DNA of 63,962 nt. It comes from Candidatus Iainarchaeum sp. GTDB taxonomy: Archaea > Iainarchaeota > Iainarchaeia > Iainarchaeales > JAAZKV01. The stretch is taken from contig JAQVQA010000001.1 of NCBI GenBank assembly GCA_028701835.1, positions 2,752-66,713 of the forward strand, in the 5' to 3' direction. A program made the translations under genes and the position numbers. This document shows, piece by piece, positions 24,753 through 35,081 of the stretch (position 1 is the stretch's first letter; each line of letters begins with the position of its first letter). The notes under the pieces were generated by a model. The model had not been told where the DNA came from. It did not search any database and worked only from the letters and a program-made list of their open reading frames with translations.

Positions 24753-24850
24753 TTAGTTTAATTATTATTTTTTTGGTTTTTTTTTAGTATTTTTTTATTT
24801 TAATTTAGATTAATATTTTTTTATTTTGTAGTTTAAGTTTTTTTATATTT

Positions 24851-25492
24851 TTATTTTAAATCTTTTTTTGCTTCTTCAAATAATTTTTTTATTAATTCTT
24901 GGTTTTTTTTAAATTTCTGATTACCTTTTTTGATTAAGTATTTTAAATATTCTTCACTAGCACTTACTTTTCCTTCTTTTATTGGAGTAGTTATGTTTTG
25001 GGTTCCAAGTATTTCTACAATGAATTTGCCATTTTTTGCAACTTTTATTCCTGCTCTTTTCACACCCACCTTTTCACATAAATTAAGTATTTTTTTTGCA
25101 TTTTCAATATTGTTTGTACCTAAGTGTAGTATTAATGGTTCTTGTTTGAACCAAAGAACGTGTCCTTTATAATTTTTTACTGCTTCAAGAACTTCTTTTG
25201 TATTTACTATCCTGTGCCATTTTCGATAGAACGCACTTTCTTGTTTAGTTTCTTTTTTTCCTAAACCTATTAATGCAATTCTTCCCGAACAAGAGCTTGA
25301 AGTAAAATAATTTTTTGTAGTCAGAACATAATCGCATAAAGGGATTAAATCAAAATCCATTCTTCCTATTGTTTTTGCTTCATTGTAAGTGTTTTTGTGA
25401 TGTTGTTTTGTCATGTAAAATCTTGATGTTTCTTTTAGTATGTTTTCTTTTTCAATTCTGGATTTATCTTTATTTTCTTGTTTTTTTGTCAT
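24851..25492 (-). CDS. taw3: tRNA wyosine-derivative methyltransferase Taw3/TYW3
   Basis: YFTSSSCSGRIALIG is the TYW3 signature. Confidence 0.75.
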   Translation of the reverse strand: MTKKQENKDKSRIEKENILKETSRFYMTKQHHKNTYNEAKTIGRMDFDLIPLCDYVLTTKNYFTSSSCSGRIALIGLGKKETKQESAFYRKWHRIVNTKEVLEAVKNYKGHVLWFKQEPLILHLGTNNIENAKKILNLCEKVGVKRAGIKVAKNGKFIVEILGTQNITTPIKEGKVSASEEYLKYLIKKGNQKFKKNQELIKKLFEEAKKDLK

Positions 25493-25539
25493 AGGAATAC
25501 CTTTTTATTTCGTTCTTACTTGAATTAGTTTGATTTAGT

Positions 25540-26334
25540 ATGTTTAAAAAAGTATTTACATTAGGTTTGTTTTTAATTTTGTTTGCTTCGTTTGTTTTTT
25601 CTGTGAGGTTAATTGATCCTCTTTCAAAGGAGCTTACTAATAATGATTCTTTTGTAGGGTCTGTTTCACCGGGTAATAAAATGGAATTGATTTTTTCAAA
25701 GGAATTGACTAATAAGTATCAATCTTTGGAAGTAGTTTCTTCATCTATTTCAAATTCGAAGTTTGAAATTAAATATGAAAAGGAGTCAATTAAATTGTTT
25801 ATTTTTGTTCCTGTTAATGCTGACATTGGTCGTGAAGTTGTGAGTGTAAAGTTTGTTGGTTCTTTTGGTAGTGAATTATTGGATTTGGGGGTTGATGTTG
25901 TTTCTGGTGCCTTGGGGGTGTCTCCTGTTAGTAATGTTGAAGTTAATTCTTTTGTGGATTCAAAGGCAGGTTATAAATTTTATTTTGTAAATAATACTGA
26001 TGCTGAAGCTATTTTTTTGATTGAATCTGATTTACCTGCTAATTGGGTTAATTTGGATTCGTTTTCTCTTAAAAATGAACCTTTGAGGATTGTGGTTCCA
26101 AAACGTTCTTCTATTGAAGAATTTTTTGTGGTTTATCCTAGGATTGAAGGGGAGAGAGAATTTAAAACAAGAGTTTTTTTTGAAAATGCTTTCAAAGATT
26201 TTTCTTTTAAAATAAATGCTCTTCCTACACTAAAGAGTAAATTTCAAAATGTTTTGTACGGACTTCCTTTTTACTCTTTTTCTCTTCTTCCAAGTTATTT
26301 TTTAAATGGATTAATTTCTTTTGGGATGAATTAA
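25540..26334 (+). CDS. Hypothetical secreted/surface protein with a C-terminal hydrophobic anchor
   Basis: Signal-like MFKKVFTLGLFLILFASFVFS, a beta-rich body, and the hydrophobic tail YSFSLLPSYFLNGLISFGM. Confidence 0.55.
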   Translation: MFKKVFTLGLFLILFASFVFSVRLIDPLSKELTNNDSFVGSVSPGNKMELIFSKELTNKYQSLEVVSSSISNSKFEIKYEKESIKLFIFVPVNADIGREVVSVKFVGSFGSELLDLGVDVVSGALGVSPVSNVEVNSFVDSKAGYKFYFVNNTDAEAIFLIESDLPANWVNLDSFSLKNEPLRIVVPKRSSIEEFFVVYPRIEGEREFKTRVFFENAFKDFSFKINALPTLKSKFQNVLYGLPFYSFSLLPSYFLNGLISFGMN

Positions 26335-26499
26335 TTTTTTTAATATTTTTCTAATTCAATTTATTTTTTTATATTTAATATTTTTTTACATTCTTGTTTT
26401 TCCAATCTTTCTTAATCTTTTTATTTCCACACTTTTTAATTAGTTTTGATTTTTTGTTTATTCAATTGTTTTTTAACTGCTTTTATTAGTAATTAGTTT

Positions 26500-28101
26500 A
26501 TGTTGTCAAATCATAAAAGAGAAGATTTTTTGTTTGCAAAAGAAATAATTAAAGAAATTGATTCTAACGCAGTTTTATCTGAAAGGGAGTTTTCAAAAAA
26601 ATTATTTTTTTGGGCTAAGCATTTTGGACTTGATTCTATTCCTTCTTTTCCTTTTATTCTTTCTTGTGCTAAGAATCCAAGCAAAAGGGTAGTTTCTTTT
26701 TTATCAATTAAACCTACTCGTAGTCTTTCTGGAGTTCAGGTTGTTGCAGTAATGCTTCCCCCTTTTCCTTGTCCTGGGGAGTGTACTTATTGTCCTTCTT
26801 CTCTTGATGGCAAAAAATCGCCAAAGTCTTACACTGGGTTTGAACCAAGTACTCTTCGTGCACAAAGGTTGAATTATGATGCTTATAAAATTGTGTTGAA
26901 TAGAATCAAGCAACTTGATGCAACTGGAAATTTTGCAAATAAAATTGAATTAATCTTTCAAGGGAGTTCATTTACAGCTTTGCCAGAGAAGCAACAGGGG
27001 AGTGTTGTAAAAAAGTCTCTTGATGCTGTTTGTGAAAAAAATTCTTCTTCATTACATGAAGCAAAAATAAATTCAGAAAAATCAAAGAGAAGAGTTGTTG
27101 GAATAACTTTTGAAACCCGTCCTGATTTGTGTTCAGAATCTCAAATAAAAGAGATGCTTAATTTAGGCGGGACAAGAGTTGAGATTGGAGTTCAAAATCC
27201 TTCTGATGTAGTTTATAAAAAAATAAAAAGAGGGCATTCTGTGGAGGATGTGGTTTTTTCAACAAAGCGTTTGAAAGATTCTTCATTTAAAGTATTGTAT
27301 CATTTAATGCCTGGTCTTCCGGGGAGTGATTATAAAACGGATTTAAAAAATATGAAAATGGTTTTTACAAACCCTGATTTTAAACCAGATATGGTAAAAT
27401 TTTATCCTTGTCTTGTGATTAAAGGCACAAAACTCTATGATGACTGGAAAAAAGGATTGTATTCTCCGATGCTTGAAGATGATGCAATTAAATTGTTTGT
27501 TAAATTAAAATCTTCTTTGCCCAAGTGGGTTAGAGTTATGAGAGTAGAGAGGGATATTCCGGGGAATGTAATAGAAGCAGGGATTAAGAAAACAAATTTG
27601 CGTCAGATGATTGAAGAAAAAATGCATAAAGAAGGAAAAGTTTGTAATTGTATTAGGTGCCGAGAGATTGGACTTGGTTCAAGGGGAAAGGATCTTGATT
27701 TTGAAAAAGAGCTTTCAAAAGCCAAATTAAATATAGAGTTTTATGATGCTTCAAATGGTGAAGAAGCATTTATTTCGGTCGAATCGAAAAATCATTTGTT
27801 TGGTTTTTTAAGATTAAGAAATCCTTCTTCTCCTTTTTTGAAAAATATAACAAATAGAACTGCTTTAATTAGGGAACTTCATGTTTATGGAAAAGGTATT
27901 TCTCTTGGTGATCGTGATGATTCTTCTTCATCACAGCATCAGGGTCTTGGAAAGCAGTTAATAAGTGAAGCAGAAAAAATTGCTAAGGAAAGGTTTGGTT
28001 CAAATAAAATGATTGTAATCTCTGGACTTGGTGTGAGAGAGTATTACAAAAAGAAGTTTAATTATAAGAAAGATGAACCCTTCATGTCAAAGAAGATTTA
28101 A
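26500..28101 (+). CDS. elp3: Elp3 (radical-SAM plus GNAT tRNA uridine carboxymethyl modification enzyme)
   Basis: CPGECTYCPSS radical-SAM cluster, SYTGFEPSTLRAQR, KIELIFQGSSFTAL, and a C-terminal GNAT region HQGLGKQLISEAEKIA. Confidence 0.85.
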   Translation: MLSNHKREDFLFAKEIIKEIDSNAVLSEREFSKKLFFWAKHFGLDSIPSFPFILSCAKNPSKRVVSFLSIKPTRSLSGVQVVAVMLPPFPCPGECTYCPSSLDGKKSPKSYTGFEPSTLRAQRLNYDAYKIVLNRIKQLDATGNFANKIELIFQGSSFTALPEKQQGSVVKKSLDAVCEKNSSSLHEAKINSEKSKRRVVGITFETRPDLCSESQIKEMLNLGGTRVEIGVQNPSDVVYKKIKRGHSVEDVVFSTKRLKDSSFKVLYHLMPGLPGSDYKTDLKNMKMVFTNPDFKPDMVKFYPCLVIKGTKLYDDWKKGLYSPMLEDDAIKLFVKLKSSLPKWVRVMRVERDIPGNVIEAGIKKTNLRQMIEEKMHKEGKVCNCIRCREIGLGSRGKDLDFEKELSKAKLNIEFYDASNGEEAFISVESKNHLFGFLRLRNPSSPFLKNITNRTALIRELHVYGKGISLGDRDDSSSSQHQGLGKQLISEAEKIAKERFGSNKMIVISGLGVREYYKKKFNYKKDEPFMSKKI

Positions 28102-28163
28102 ATTAATCAAATTGTAAGTAAAGTATAGTTGATTTTAGAGAGTATTGTTTTAAGGTTGTTTTT

Positions 28164-28523
28164 ATGTATGAATTAATTTTGATTGGGATAATAATTGTTC
28201 TTGCTATAATTTTGTTTTTTGTTTTGAAAATGCTTTTTTCATTAAAGAGCGAAGTTAATGATTTAAGGTTTTCAAAAAAATCTCAGAGTGTAAAATATGG
28301 TCAGCTTACTGAACAATGGATTCCTTTTTCAGATAAGTATCCCTATAATTCACAGAATTTTCGTTTTATTGGTAAGCCAATTGATGGAATTAGTTTTGAG
28401 GATGATAAAATTGTTTTTGTTGAGTTTAAAACAAATACTTCTCAATTGAGTGAGACTCAAAGAAATGTAAAGGAGTTAGTGGAAAATAAAAAGGTTGAGT
28501 GGCTAAAGTTTAGAATTGATTAA
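28164..28523 (+). CDS. Membrane-anchored endonuclease related to Holliday junction resolvases (COG4741-like)
   Basis: N-terminal TM LILIGIIIVLAIILFFVL, then GQLTEQWIPFSDKYPYNSQNFRFIGKPIDGISFEDDKIVFVEFKTNTSQLSETQRNVK. Confidence 0.6.
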   Translation: MYELILIGIIIVLAIILFFVLKMLFSLKSEVNDLRFSKKSQSVKYGQLTEQWIPFSDKYPYNSQNFRFIGKPIDGISFEDDKIVFVEFKTNTSQLSETQRNVKELVENKKVEWLKFRID

Positions 28524-28533
28524 ACAAATTTTG

Positions 28534-29568
28534 TTACTCTAATTTATATCTTAAAGTTGCAACAATTCCTCCAAATCCCCAAATTATTTTTTCTTGCGGA
28601 TTTTTTGAGGATATTATTTCTATTAAGCTCCCTATTTTTTCAGCATTATTCATTATTTCTTCGGTTTTGTCTCTGTTTTGAATTAAGTATGTTTCTGAAA
28701 TAATTAATTTTTCAACTGCGCCTTGAAAAAGAGCTTCTTTTATTTTTTCAATCCCATATTCTCCTTTTCCTTTTGTAACAAGATTCATAAATTCTTCAAT
28801 TATTTTTGATTCTTTAATTATTTGTAAATTTTTTTCAACTTTGTCTATTTTTCCTTCGTTCATTAGTTCGTTAAATCCTGTGGTAGATATTGAGTTAGTG
28901 TTTTCTGTGAGAACATTTATCATTCCTTTAATTTTTTTGTCTTCAATGAATTTTTTTAAATTGTCTTTTGTAAATCCAGGTCCTGCGAGAATTATTTTTT
29001 TTGGGTGAAGAAGAGTTATTTTTCCCAAGATTTCATCAAAGTAAGTGCTTTTTTCTTGAGAGTATCTTTTGCCTTTTATTTTTTCTTTTATAACTGCTTT
29101 TTTTGAAATGTTGTAAGAGTTAATGAAAGCGAGTTCTGCTTCTTCATCATCAAGTAATACACAAAGTAGTGCATTGCTTGCGCTTGATTGTTGGGCTTTT
29201 TTCAGTCTGTCAATCTGCCATTGTTTTATACTCTCTTTTTTTATCCTTATTTTTTCTCCACACCTAATTTCAAGGTTTTGGTGGCTTTTTAGGTCAATAT
29301 ACTCTTCAGGTTTTCCTCCTAATATTATTCCATTTACTCTTAATTCGTTAGAGTATTCCTCAAAACGTAAATTTTCGACTTCTAATTCCACAAATAGTTT
29401 TATTCGTTGTGTTTTTTCGCCCTCGTTTTTTGGTTTTATTTTCCTATCTACAAAACCAAATATAATATCTTTGTTTGAAATTATTTTCTCTAAGTGCCAT
29501 AAATCATCAGCAGTTTCAGGGATGCATTGTATCTCGTTTTCTTTTTTATCAAGTTTAATGATTTTCAT
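28534..29568 (-). CDS. pelA: Pelota (Dom34) mRNA surveillance/ribosome rescue factor
   Basis: N-terminus MKIIKLDKKENEIQCIPETADDLWHLEKII and an eRF1-like C-terminal region. 344 aa. Confidence 0.8.
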   Translation of the reverse strand: MKIIKLDKKENEIQCIPETADDLWHLEKIISNKDIIFGFVDRKIKPKNEGEKTQRIKLFVELEVENLRFEEYSNELRVNGIILGGKPEEYIDLKSHQNLEIRCGEKIRIKKESIKQWQIDRLKKAQQSSASNALLCVLLDDEEAELAFINSYNISKKAVIKEKIKGKRYSQEKSTYFDEILGKITLLHPKKIILAGPGFTKDNLKKFIEDKKIKGMINVLTENTNSISTTGFNELMNEGKIDKVEKNLQIIKESKIIEEFMNLVTKGKGEYGIEKIKEALFQGAVEKLIISETYLIQNRDKTEEIMNNAEKIGSLIEIISSKNPQEKIIWGFGGIVATLRYKLE

Positions 29569-29624
29569 AAAGAGTATAAGTAATTAGGAATATTTAAATT
29601 AACTTTATTTCTAATTTTTAGTGC

Positions 29625-30050
29625 ATGGCTTCTCTTTTAGATAAAGATAAATTAAAGAATTTTGAAATAGTTGAAGCCTTGATTCATAATAATAAAGGAG
29701 AAATTTTGTTATTAAAGAGATCTAAAAAGAATTCTGTTTGGGTTAATAAGTGGCAACTTCCTGGTGGGAAATTAGAAGAAGGTGAATCTTCTATTAAAGC
29801 TATTAAGAGAGAAATTTTTGAAGAGACTTCTCTTTCTTGTAAAGGAATTTATCTTTTGAGTGTTTTTCGTTTTGAAAATATTTTTAAAGGAAAAAAGGAG
29901 GTTGTTTCTCTTAAAGTTTATTCATGTAATCTTTCGGGTGAGGATCTTGTTTTGGATGTTGATCATTCTTCATTTAAGTTTATTAATCCAAAAAAGATAA
30001 AAAAATCTGATTTAACACAAATATCTAGAATATCTATTTTTGGACTCTGA
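29625..30050 (+). CDS. NUDIX hydrolase
   Basis: Nudix box GGKLEEGESSIKAIKREIFEETSL. Confidence 0.8.
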   Translation: MASLLDKDKLKNFEIVEALIHNNKGEILLLKRSKKNSVWVNKWQLPGGKLEEGESSIKAIKREIFEETSLSCKGIYLLSVFRFENIFKGKKEVVSLKVYSCNLSGEDLVLDVDHSSFKFINPKKIKKSDLTQISRISIFGL

Positions 30051-30066
30051 GTTTTATTTATTTTTC

Positions 30067-31839
30067 CTAAGCATAATATTTTTTTGCTTGTTTTTGTTCT
30101 TTATCAAGAACTGAATCAAGTTTATTTATTCTTGGTCTTTTTGAGTCTTTATCTCTTCTTATAGTAATATTCAAGTATTCTAATAATTTATTCATTCCTT
30201 CGTTTACTGAGTATGGTCCTTGAGCAGTTCCTTTTTTAGTTGGTTCTCCACTAAAAACCATTATTTTATCGCTTAAAAAATCTATAAAAGTTAAGTCATG
30301 ATCTATTATAAGTGCTGAACAATCAGTTATATCCATGTGTCCTCTGATTGCTTTTCCTACTGCAAGTCTTTGTTCAACATCAAGATAAGCACTTGGTTCA
30401 TCTAGTAAATATAAATCAGCTTTTTTACTTAAACAAAGAGCGATTGATACTCTTTGTAGTTCTCCGCCAGATAGGTTTTTTGCTTTTTTTTCTAGTAAAT
30501 CTTCTAATTCTAGCGGTTTTAGTATAGTTTGTTTTATTTCAGATAAATTTATTCCTTCAAATAATTCTTGAACTGTTTTTTCTCCAGTGTATGAAATATA
30601 TTGGGGTTTGTAAGAGATTTTTGCTTGTTGGGTTAATTCTGTATTATCAGGTTTTATTTCCCCTGCGAGTATTCTCATGAAAGTTGTTTTTCCTATTCCG
30701 TTTGGTCCGACTACTCCAATTATTTCATTTTTCTTAACTGTGTTTTCTTCTACAGTAAAATTAAATTCACCTAATTTTTTTTCTATGATGGGCCAAGTTA
30801 TTATTTTTTCTTTTCTCTCTTTTTTTTCACTTCTTTCTTTTCCAAAGAAATCAATTTTGTATTCTCTAAATCTATAATTCTCATCCTTTGAGTAACCTTC
30901 AAGGTAAGTGTTTATTCCTTCTCGAGTCGTTTTTATTTGTGAAACAAATCCATATACTCTTGGTTTTCCATACATTAAATTAACATAATCTGATAAATAA
31001 TCTAGTAATACAAGATCGTGTTCTACTACTATTACTGATGTTTTTTCTGCGAGTTTTTGTATGTATTCAGCTACTCTTAATCTTTCTTTAATGTCTAAGA
31101 AAGAACTTGGTTCGTCAAAAAAATATAGATCAGCGTTTTTTAGTCCGGTTGCTGCTATTGCTACTTTTTGAAATTCGCCTCCTGATAATTTACTTGAATC
31201 TCTATCAAGTATTTCTTCGATATTAAGCGCTTTTGCGGTTTTTTCTAGGTTATTATTCTCATCAACTTTTGATAATATTTCTCTAACAGTGCCTTTTGGT
31301 TTTATTAGTTCAATGTTTTGCGGTTTTGTAGCAATTTTTATTCCATTATTATAAACTTTTTTAAAAAATTCAAAAGCTTCTTTTCCTTTGTAATATTCAA
31401 TTACTTTTTGTTTGCTTGCTTCTTTTTCATTAAAATTAGGGATTATGTTTCCTGAAAGTATTTTTATTATTGTAGTTTTTCCTATTCCATTTCTTCCTAC
31501 AAACCCAAGCACTGCTTTTTCTTTTGGAGTTGGTAATCCGTGTAACCTGAATTGATTTTTCCCAAATGAGTGTATTGGTTCATTTAATTCAAATGAAAGG
31601 TTAATTATTTTTATTGCATTGTAAGGGCATTTGTTTTGACAAATCTCGCACCCAATGCATAGTTCTTCAGCAATTATTGGTTTTTGAATATCAGTGTGAG
31701 TTATGCATTCTTTTCCTGCTCTGTTTACAGGGCACACTTTTTGGCAAAGATAATTGCCACAGTTATTTGGATTGCAAGAATCATAATCAATTACAGCGAT
31801 TCTTTTTTTAGCATTCATAACAAAAAATTGTTTTTGCAA
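30067..31839 (-). CDS. abce1: ABCE1 (RNase L inhibitor-type ribosome recycling ATPase)
   Basis: N-terminal twin 4Fe-4S motifs CNPNNCGNYLCQKVCPV and CIGCEICQNKCP. Two ABC cassettes with GRNGIGKTT and GPNGIGKTT, each with an LSGGE signature. Confidence 0.9.
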   Translation of the reverse strand: MQKQFFVMNAKKRIAVIDYDSCNPNNCGNYLCQKVCPVNRAGKECITHTDIQKPIIAEELCIGCEICQNKCPYNAIKIINLSFELNEPIHSFGKNQFRLHGLPTPKEKAVLGFVGRNGIGKTTIIKILSGNIIPNFNEKEASKQKVIEYYKGKEAFEFFKKVYNNGIKIATKPQNIELIKPKGTVREILSKVDENNNLEKTAKALNIEEILDRDSSKLSGGEFQKVAIAATGLKNADLYFFDEPSSFLDIKERLRVAEYIQKLAEKTSVIVVEHDLVLLDYLSDYVNLMYGKPRVYGFVSQIKTTREGINTYLEGYSKDENYRFREYKIDFFGKERSEKKERKEKIITWPIIEKKLGEFNFTVEENTVKKNEIIGVVGPNGIGKTTFMRILAGEIKPDNTELTQQAKISYKPQYISYTGEKTVQELFEGINLSEIKQTILKPLELEDLLEKKAKNLSGGELQRVSIALCLSKKADLYLLDEPSAYLDVEQRLAVGKAIRGHMDITDCSALIIDHDLTFIDFLSDKIMVFSGEPTKKGTAQGPYSVNEGMNKLLEYLNITIRRDKDSKRPRINKLDSVLDKEQKQAKKYYA

Positions 31840-31858
31840 AGCAATAAAAACCTCTTTT

Positions 31859-32272
31859 TTATTCGTTTTGAGGTCGGGTTAGTAAAATTTTTTTTTCAAA
31901 AGTGAAGGTAGTTTCTTTTTGAAGAGGGGTTGGTATTTTGTTTGAGCAAGATAATTTTATTTCATAATTATTTTCATCTATTTTGCTTAAACTAATTGTT
32001 TCGCATGTAATAAGTGTATTTTTGTTAAAGTTTGAATTGATTTGGGATAAGCCGTCATTCAAGCAATTTGTAGTACTTATTTGACTTATGTTCCAGTTGC
32101 AATCATAACTCATGTTTTTTGCATTTATTTTAAAGATTGAAACAAAATTATTTATTTTTGGAATTAGTAAATCTATATTATCTTCATTTCTTTGAAAGTG
32201 AGTAGAATTAATTAAGATTATTATTGTGATTAAAATTATTATTAAGACAACTATTCCTGCAAACCCCTTCAT
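31859..32272 (-). CDS. Pilin-like protein (class III signal-peptide-like N-terminus)
   Basis: MKGFAGIVVLIIILITIIIL N-terminus and a Cys-containing extracellular part. Last gene of the pilus supra-operon. Confidence 0.6.
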   Translation of the reverse strand: MKGFAGIVVLIIILITIIILINSTHFQRNEDNIDLLIPKINNFVSIFKINAKNMSYDCNWNISQISTTNCLNDGLSQINSNFNKNTLITCETISLSKIDENNYEIKLSCSNKIPTPLQKETTFTFEKKILLTRPQNE

Positions 32273-32569
32273 TTAATTCACTCCTGTACAAATTGTTTTT
32301 TCTTTAATTATTGGTGTTTGATAAAGTTTGGACTCGTTTGAATCATAGTAGTATAATTGAATACATTTTTGGTTTGTATTTCCTTGAGTTTCTGTGTCGG
32401 TAGTTGTTTCACTAAAGTATAATGTCATCATCTCTTTGTTGTGTATTCTTGTATCTGTTATTTGATTTTTGTTAATTTCTTGAGGGGTTGTTATCCAAAG
32501 AGTTGATGCTATTAGCAAAATTAATCCTATTGAGAGTGCTGCTTCTGCACTAAAAACAAATCCTTTCAT
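32273..32569 (-). CDS. Pilin-like protein
   Basis: MKGFVFSAEAALSIGLILLIAS N-terminus. Abuts its neighbours with 0-nt and 4-nt junctions. Confidence 0.6.
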   Translation of the reverse strand: MKGFVFSAEAALSIGLILLIASTLWITTPQEINKNQITDTRIHNKEMMTLYFSETTTDTETQGNTNQKCIQLYYYDSNESKLYQTPIIKEKTICTGVN

Positions 32570-33063
32570 TTAGCCACCTCTAATTTGAATATTTTTTTGT
32601 TGATAAGTTCATTTGGACAATTCTCGTTTTTATCAATACATTCTTTTAGTTCATTAAAAGTTGTTTGATTTGTGCATGACAATATATCTAGTTCGTGAAT
32701 TATTGCGTCTTTATTTTCTTCAATATCCTCATAAAGTATTTCATCATTAAGACTTATTCTTATATTGTAATCAATTAGATTTGCTTTTGTTTTTATTTCG
32801 TTTAAAGTAAAATTATTTAAATTAAATAAATCAGTATTAATTGAATATGCTGGGTGGGTGTTGTTTAAATCACAATTCCATTCACTTGAATTTGTAATTA
32901 CTTCTGCGCCAATTATTGTTTTGGTGATTAAATTATTTTTAATTATTTGTTGTTTTTGATTGTAAGTATTTATTTCTGCACTCCCTATTAGTACTCCTAT
33001 TGCAAAAATTATTAGTACTATTGCAAATAACAGATCCATTGAAAATATTTGTCCTTTATTCAT
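32566..33063 (-). CDS. Pilin-like protein
   Basis: MNKGQIFSMDLLFAIVLIIFAIGVLIG N-terminus (KGQ motif plus hydrophobic helix). Confidence 0.65.
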   Translation of the reverse strand: MNKGQIFSMDLLFAIVLIIFAIGVLIGSAEINTYNQKQQIIKNNLITKTIIGAEVITNSSEWNCDLNNTHPAYSINTDLFNLNNFTLNEIKTKANLIDYNIRISLNDEILYEDIEENKDAIIHELDILSCTNQTTFNELKECIDKNENCPNELINKKIFKLEVAK

Positions 33064-33472
33064 GTGTTATCACTATTTTTTTTATTTCTTCTTCTAAAAA
33101 ATTTATTTTTGTATTATCATTTTTTGAGAATGTTTTAATTGACTGGATTGTTTTTTCTTCTTTTTCTATTGATAAGATTAATTTATTTTCTTGTATTATG
33201 GCTGTTGGGTAAGTTGTTTCGGATTTATTTTCTTCATTCAAATAATTTATTTTTTTTAATTGAGTAATTATTTTGTAGTTTAAATCATCAATCATGTTTG
33301 TTTGGGTTATTAAGTTAGTTATTCTCTCGTTTTCTAAGTCTAGTTGTGTTTGTATGCTAATATTATCATGTGTCTTGTAAGTGTATTGGGTTAGGTTATT
33401 TAATGATATTGCAATTAATACTACTGCTAGTAAGGTGAATAATAAATCAATGCTTATTTGTCCTTTTTGCAT
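33056..33472 (-). CDS. Pilin-like protein
   Basis: MQKGQISIDLLFTLLAVVLIAISL N-terminus. Confidence 0.65.
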   Translation of the reverse strand: MQKGQISIDLLFTLLAVVLIAISLNNLTQYTYKTHDNISIQTQLDLENERITNLITQTNMIDDLNYKIITQLKKINYLNEENKSETTYPTAIIQENKLILSIEKEEKTIQSIKTFSKNDNTKINFLEEEIKKIVITHE

Positions 33473-33548
33473 GTTTTAGATTTATGTCTTTCCTTCTTTT
33501 AAAACATGAGGGAAGTTATTTTTTAGTTTTTTGTTTTTGAATTTTTTT

Positions 33549-33914
33549 TTATTGAATTAATTTTATGCTAATTTCTTCTGATTTTTGATTATATGCTTTG
33601 TAATTTTTTTCTCCAAAAGGAAATGAAATTATTATATTAATAGGGTATTTTTGAAATATTTTTTTATCTGCTTTACTGGGTTTATAGTTAGTGTTTGAGT
33701 GGGAGTGTATTGTGCCTATAATAGTTTCATCAAAGGGGATGGCTTGTTCTAGAAAATAAACTGAATTTTCATTGGCTTTATTGGGGATGAAAATAAATTC
33801 ATTTATTTCTTCTTTTTGTTTATTTCCTCCAAGAAAGCAAAGAAATTCTTTTGGATATAGTTGTTTTGCTGTGTTAAGTATTTCTAAAAATAACTTTTTT
33901 TCCATTTTCCACAT
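33549..33914 (-). CDS. JAB1/MPN/Mov34 (JAMM) metalloprotease-domain protein
   Basis: Exact JAMM motif HSH-x7-S-x2-D (GTIHSHSNTNYKPSKADK) with an upstream Glu (PKEFLCFLGG). Confidence 0.75.
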   Translation of the reverse strand: MWKMEKKLFLEILNTAKQLYPKEFLCFLGGNKQKEEINEFIFIPNKANENSVYFLEQAIPFDETIIGTIHSHSNTNYKPSKADKKIFQKYPINIIISFPFGEKNYKAYNQKSEEISIKLIQ

Positions 33915-33917
33915 TTA

Positions 33918-35081
33918 TTAAATTAGAATGAATAAGTAGAAAAGGATGGTGGGTATAATTAAACTTGACATTAAAGTGCTTCTTTTGTATCCTTTTTTTA
34001 TAGTGTATACTCCAAGTGCTGTTGAAAATATTAATGTTATTAATCCGTTTATTCCATTCATCATTATTATTAAGAATATTATAAATATTATGCATATTTT
34101 GTTTAAAATTTGTTCATTTTTTTTGTTTATCAATTTTGTGGCTTTTTTTGCCAGTAATATTGTTGATATTCCTCCTATTGCTGCGGATAAGATCATTATG
34201 ATTGTTCCAAAAAAGAGTGTTTCTTCTCCATAAAATATTTTTTCTTGTATTGCAATCATTGCTCCGTTCCTTGCTTTTGATAATGCTAGGAGTGTAGCGA
34301 ATGAAAAGAAAAAATTAGACGTGTTTATTGATCCAAGTAGTGTTAAGTAATTTTTTGAATTAGGTATTTTTTTTAAGGTGTTTATTATTCCTCCTGCAGT
34401 GTTGCTTCCTATGCCTGGCATGATTGCAACTATTGCTCCACCAATTGTTCCTATTAAACCATATTTAATTGTTTCAAAATTAATTATTATTTCTCCTTTT
34501 TCTTGATTAGGGATATTTTTTGTTTCGTTTAGCGAGAGTATTAACCCTGCTAATCCAAAGTATCCTGTTATTAGAGGAAATAATTGGTCTTGAAATAGTA
34601 TTCCTTGGCAACCTGCTGCAAGGATTATGAATATTAGTCCTATTTTGTGTTTGAAGTTTTTTCCTTCTTTAATAAAAATTATTATTGCTAGGGTTAGTAT
34701 TAGGGGTGTAATATTTCTTAGTTGGGTTTGGTTTTGTTCTAAGAATAAAAAAAATGGGTGGGTTAGTAGTGCTCCTATTATTACTGCAATTATCCCTCCA
34801 AGTACAGTATAATTTATTGCTTCTAATCCTTTTCCTTCCAAAACCATTTTGTGTGCTGGTAGAATACTTTCAAAAGTATTTTCGCTTGGAATTCCTAACA
34901 TAGTTGATGGAATGAATTCAACAAAGGATTGTGTTATGCACATTGAGAGTATAAATGAAGTTATTTCTATTCCAAAGAAGGGGGTTGTTGCAAGGATTAT
35001 TGTGATGTTGTTTGAATGTAATCCTGGGATTAGTCCTGCAATTATTCCTGCGAGTACTCCAAGTAAACAAAAAAGAATCAT
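33918..35081 (-). CDS. Polytopic membrane protein, TctA/DUF112-like
   Basis: About 10 TM segments. Duplicated PG-loop motifs GLIPGLHSNN and AIMPGIGSNTAGG resemble TctA-family repeats. Confidence 0.5.
   Translation of the reverse strand: MILFCLLGVLAGIIAGLIPGLHSNNITIILATTPFFGIEITSFILSMCITQSFVEFIPSTMLGIPSENTFESILPAHKMVLEGKGLEAINYTVLGGIIAVIIGALLTHPFFLFLEQNQTQLRNITPLILTLAIIIFIKEGKNFKHKIGLIFIILAAGCQGILFQDQLFPLITGYFGLAGLILSLNETKNIPNQEKGEIIINFETIKYGLIGTIGGAIVAIMPGIGSNTAGGIINTLKKIPNSKNYLTLLGSINTSNFFFSFATLLALSKARNGAMIAIQEKIFYGEETLFFGTIIMILSAAIGGISTILLAKKATKLINKKNEQILNKICIIFIIFLIIMMNGINGLITLIFSTALGVYTIKKGYKRSTLMSSLIIPTILFYLFILI

Noticed and set aside
33874-34095. 73-aa minus-strand ORF overlapping the end of the TctA-like gene and the start of the JAMM gene
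   Set aside because: It is out of frame with two motif-supported genes, N/I/H-rich and lacks a ribosome-binding site.
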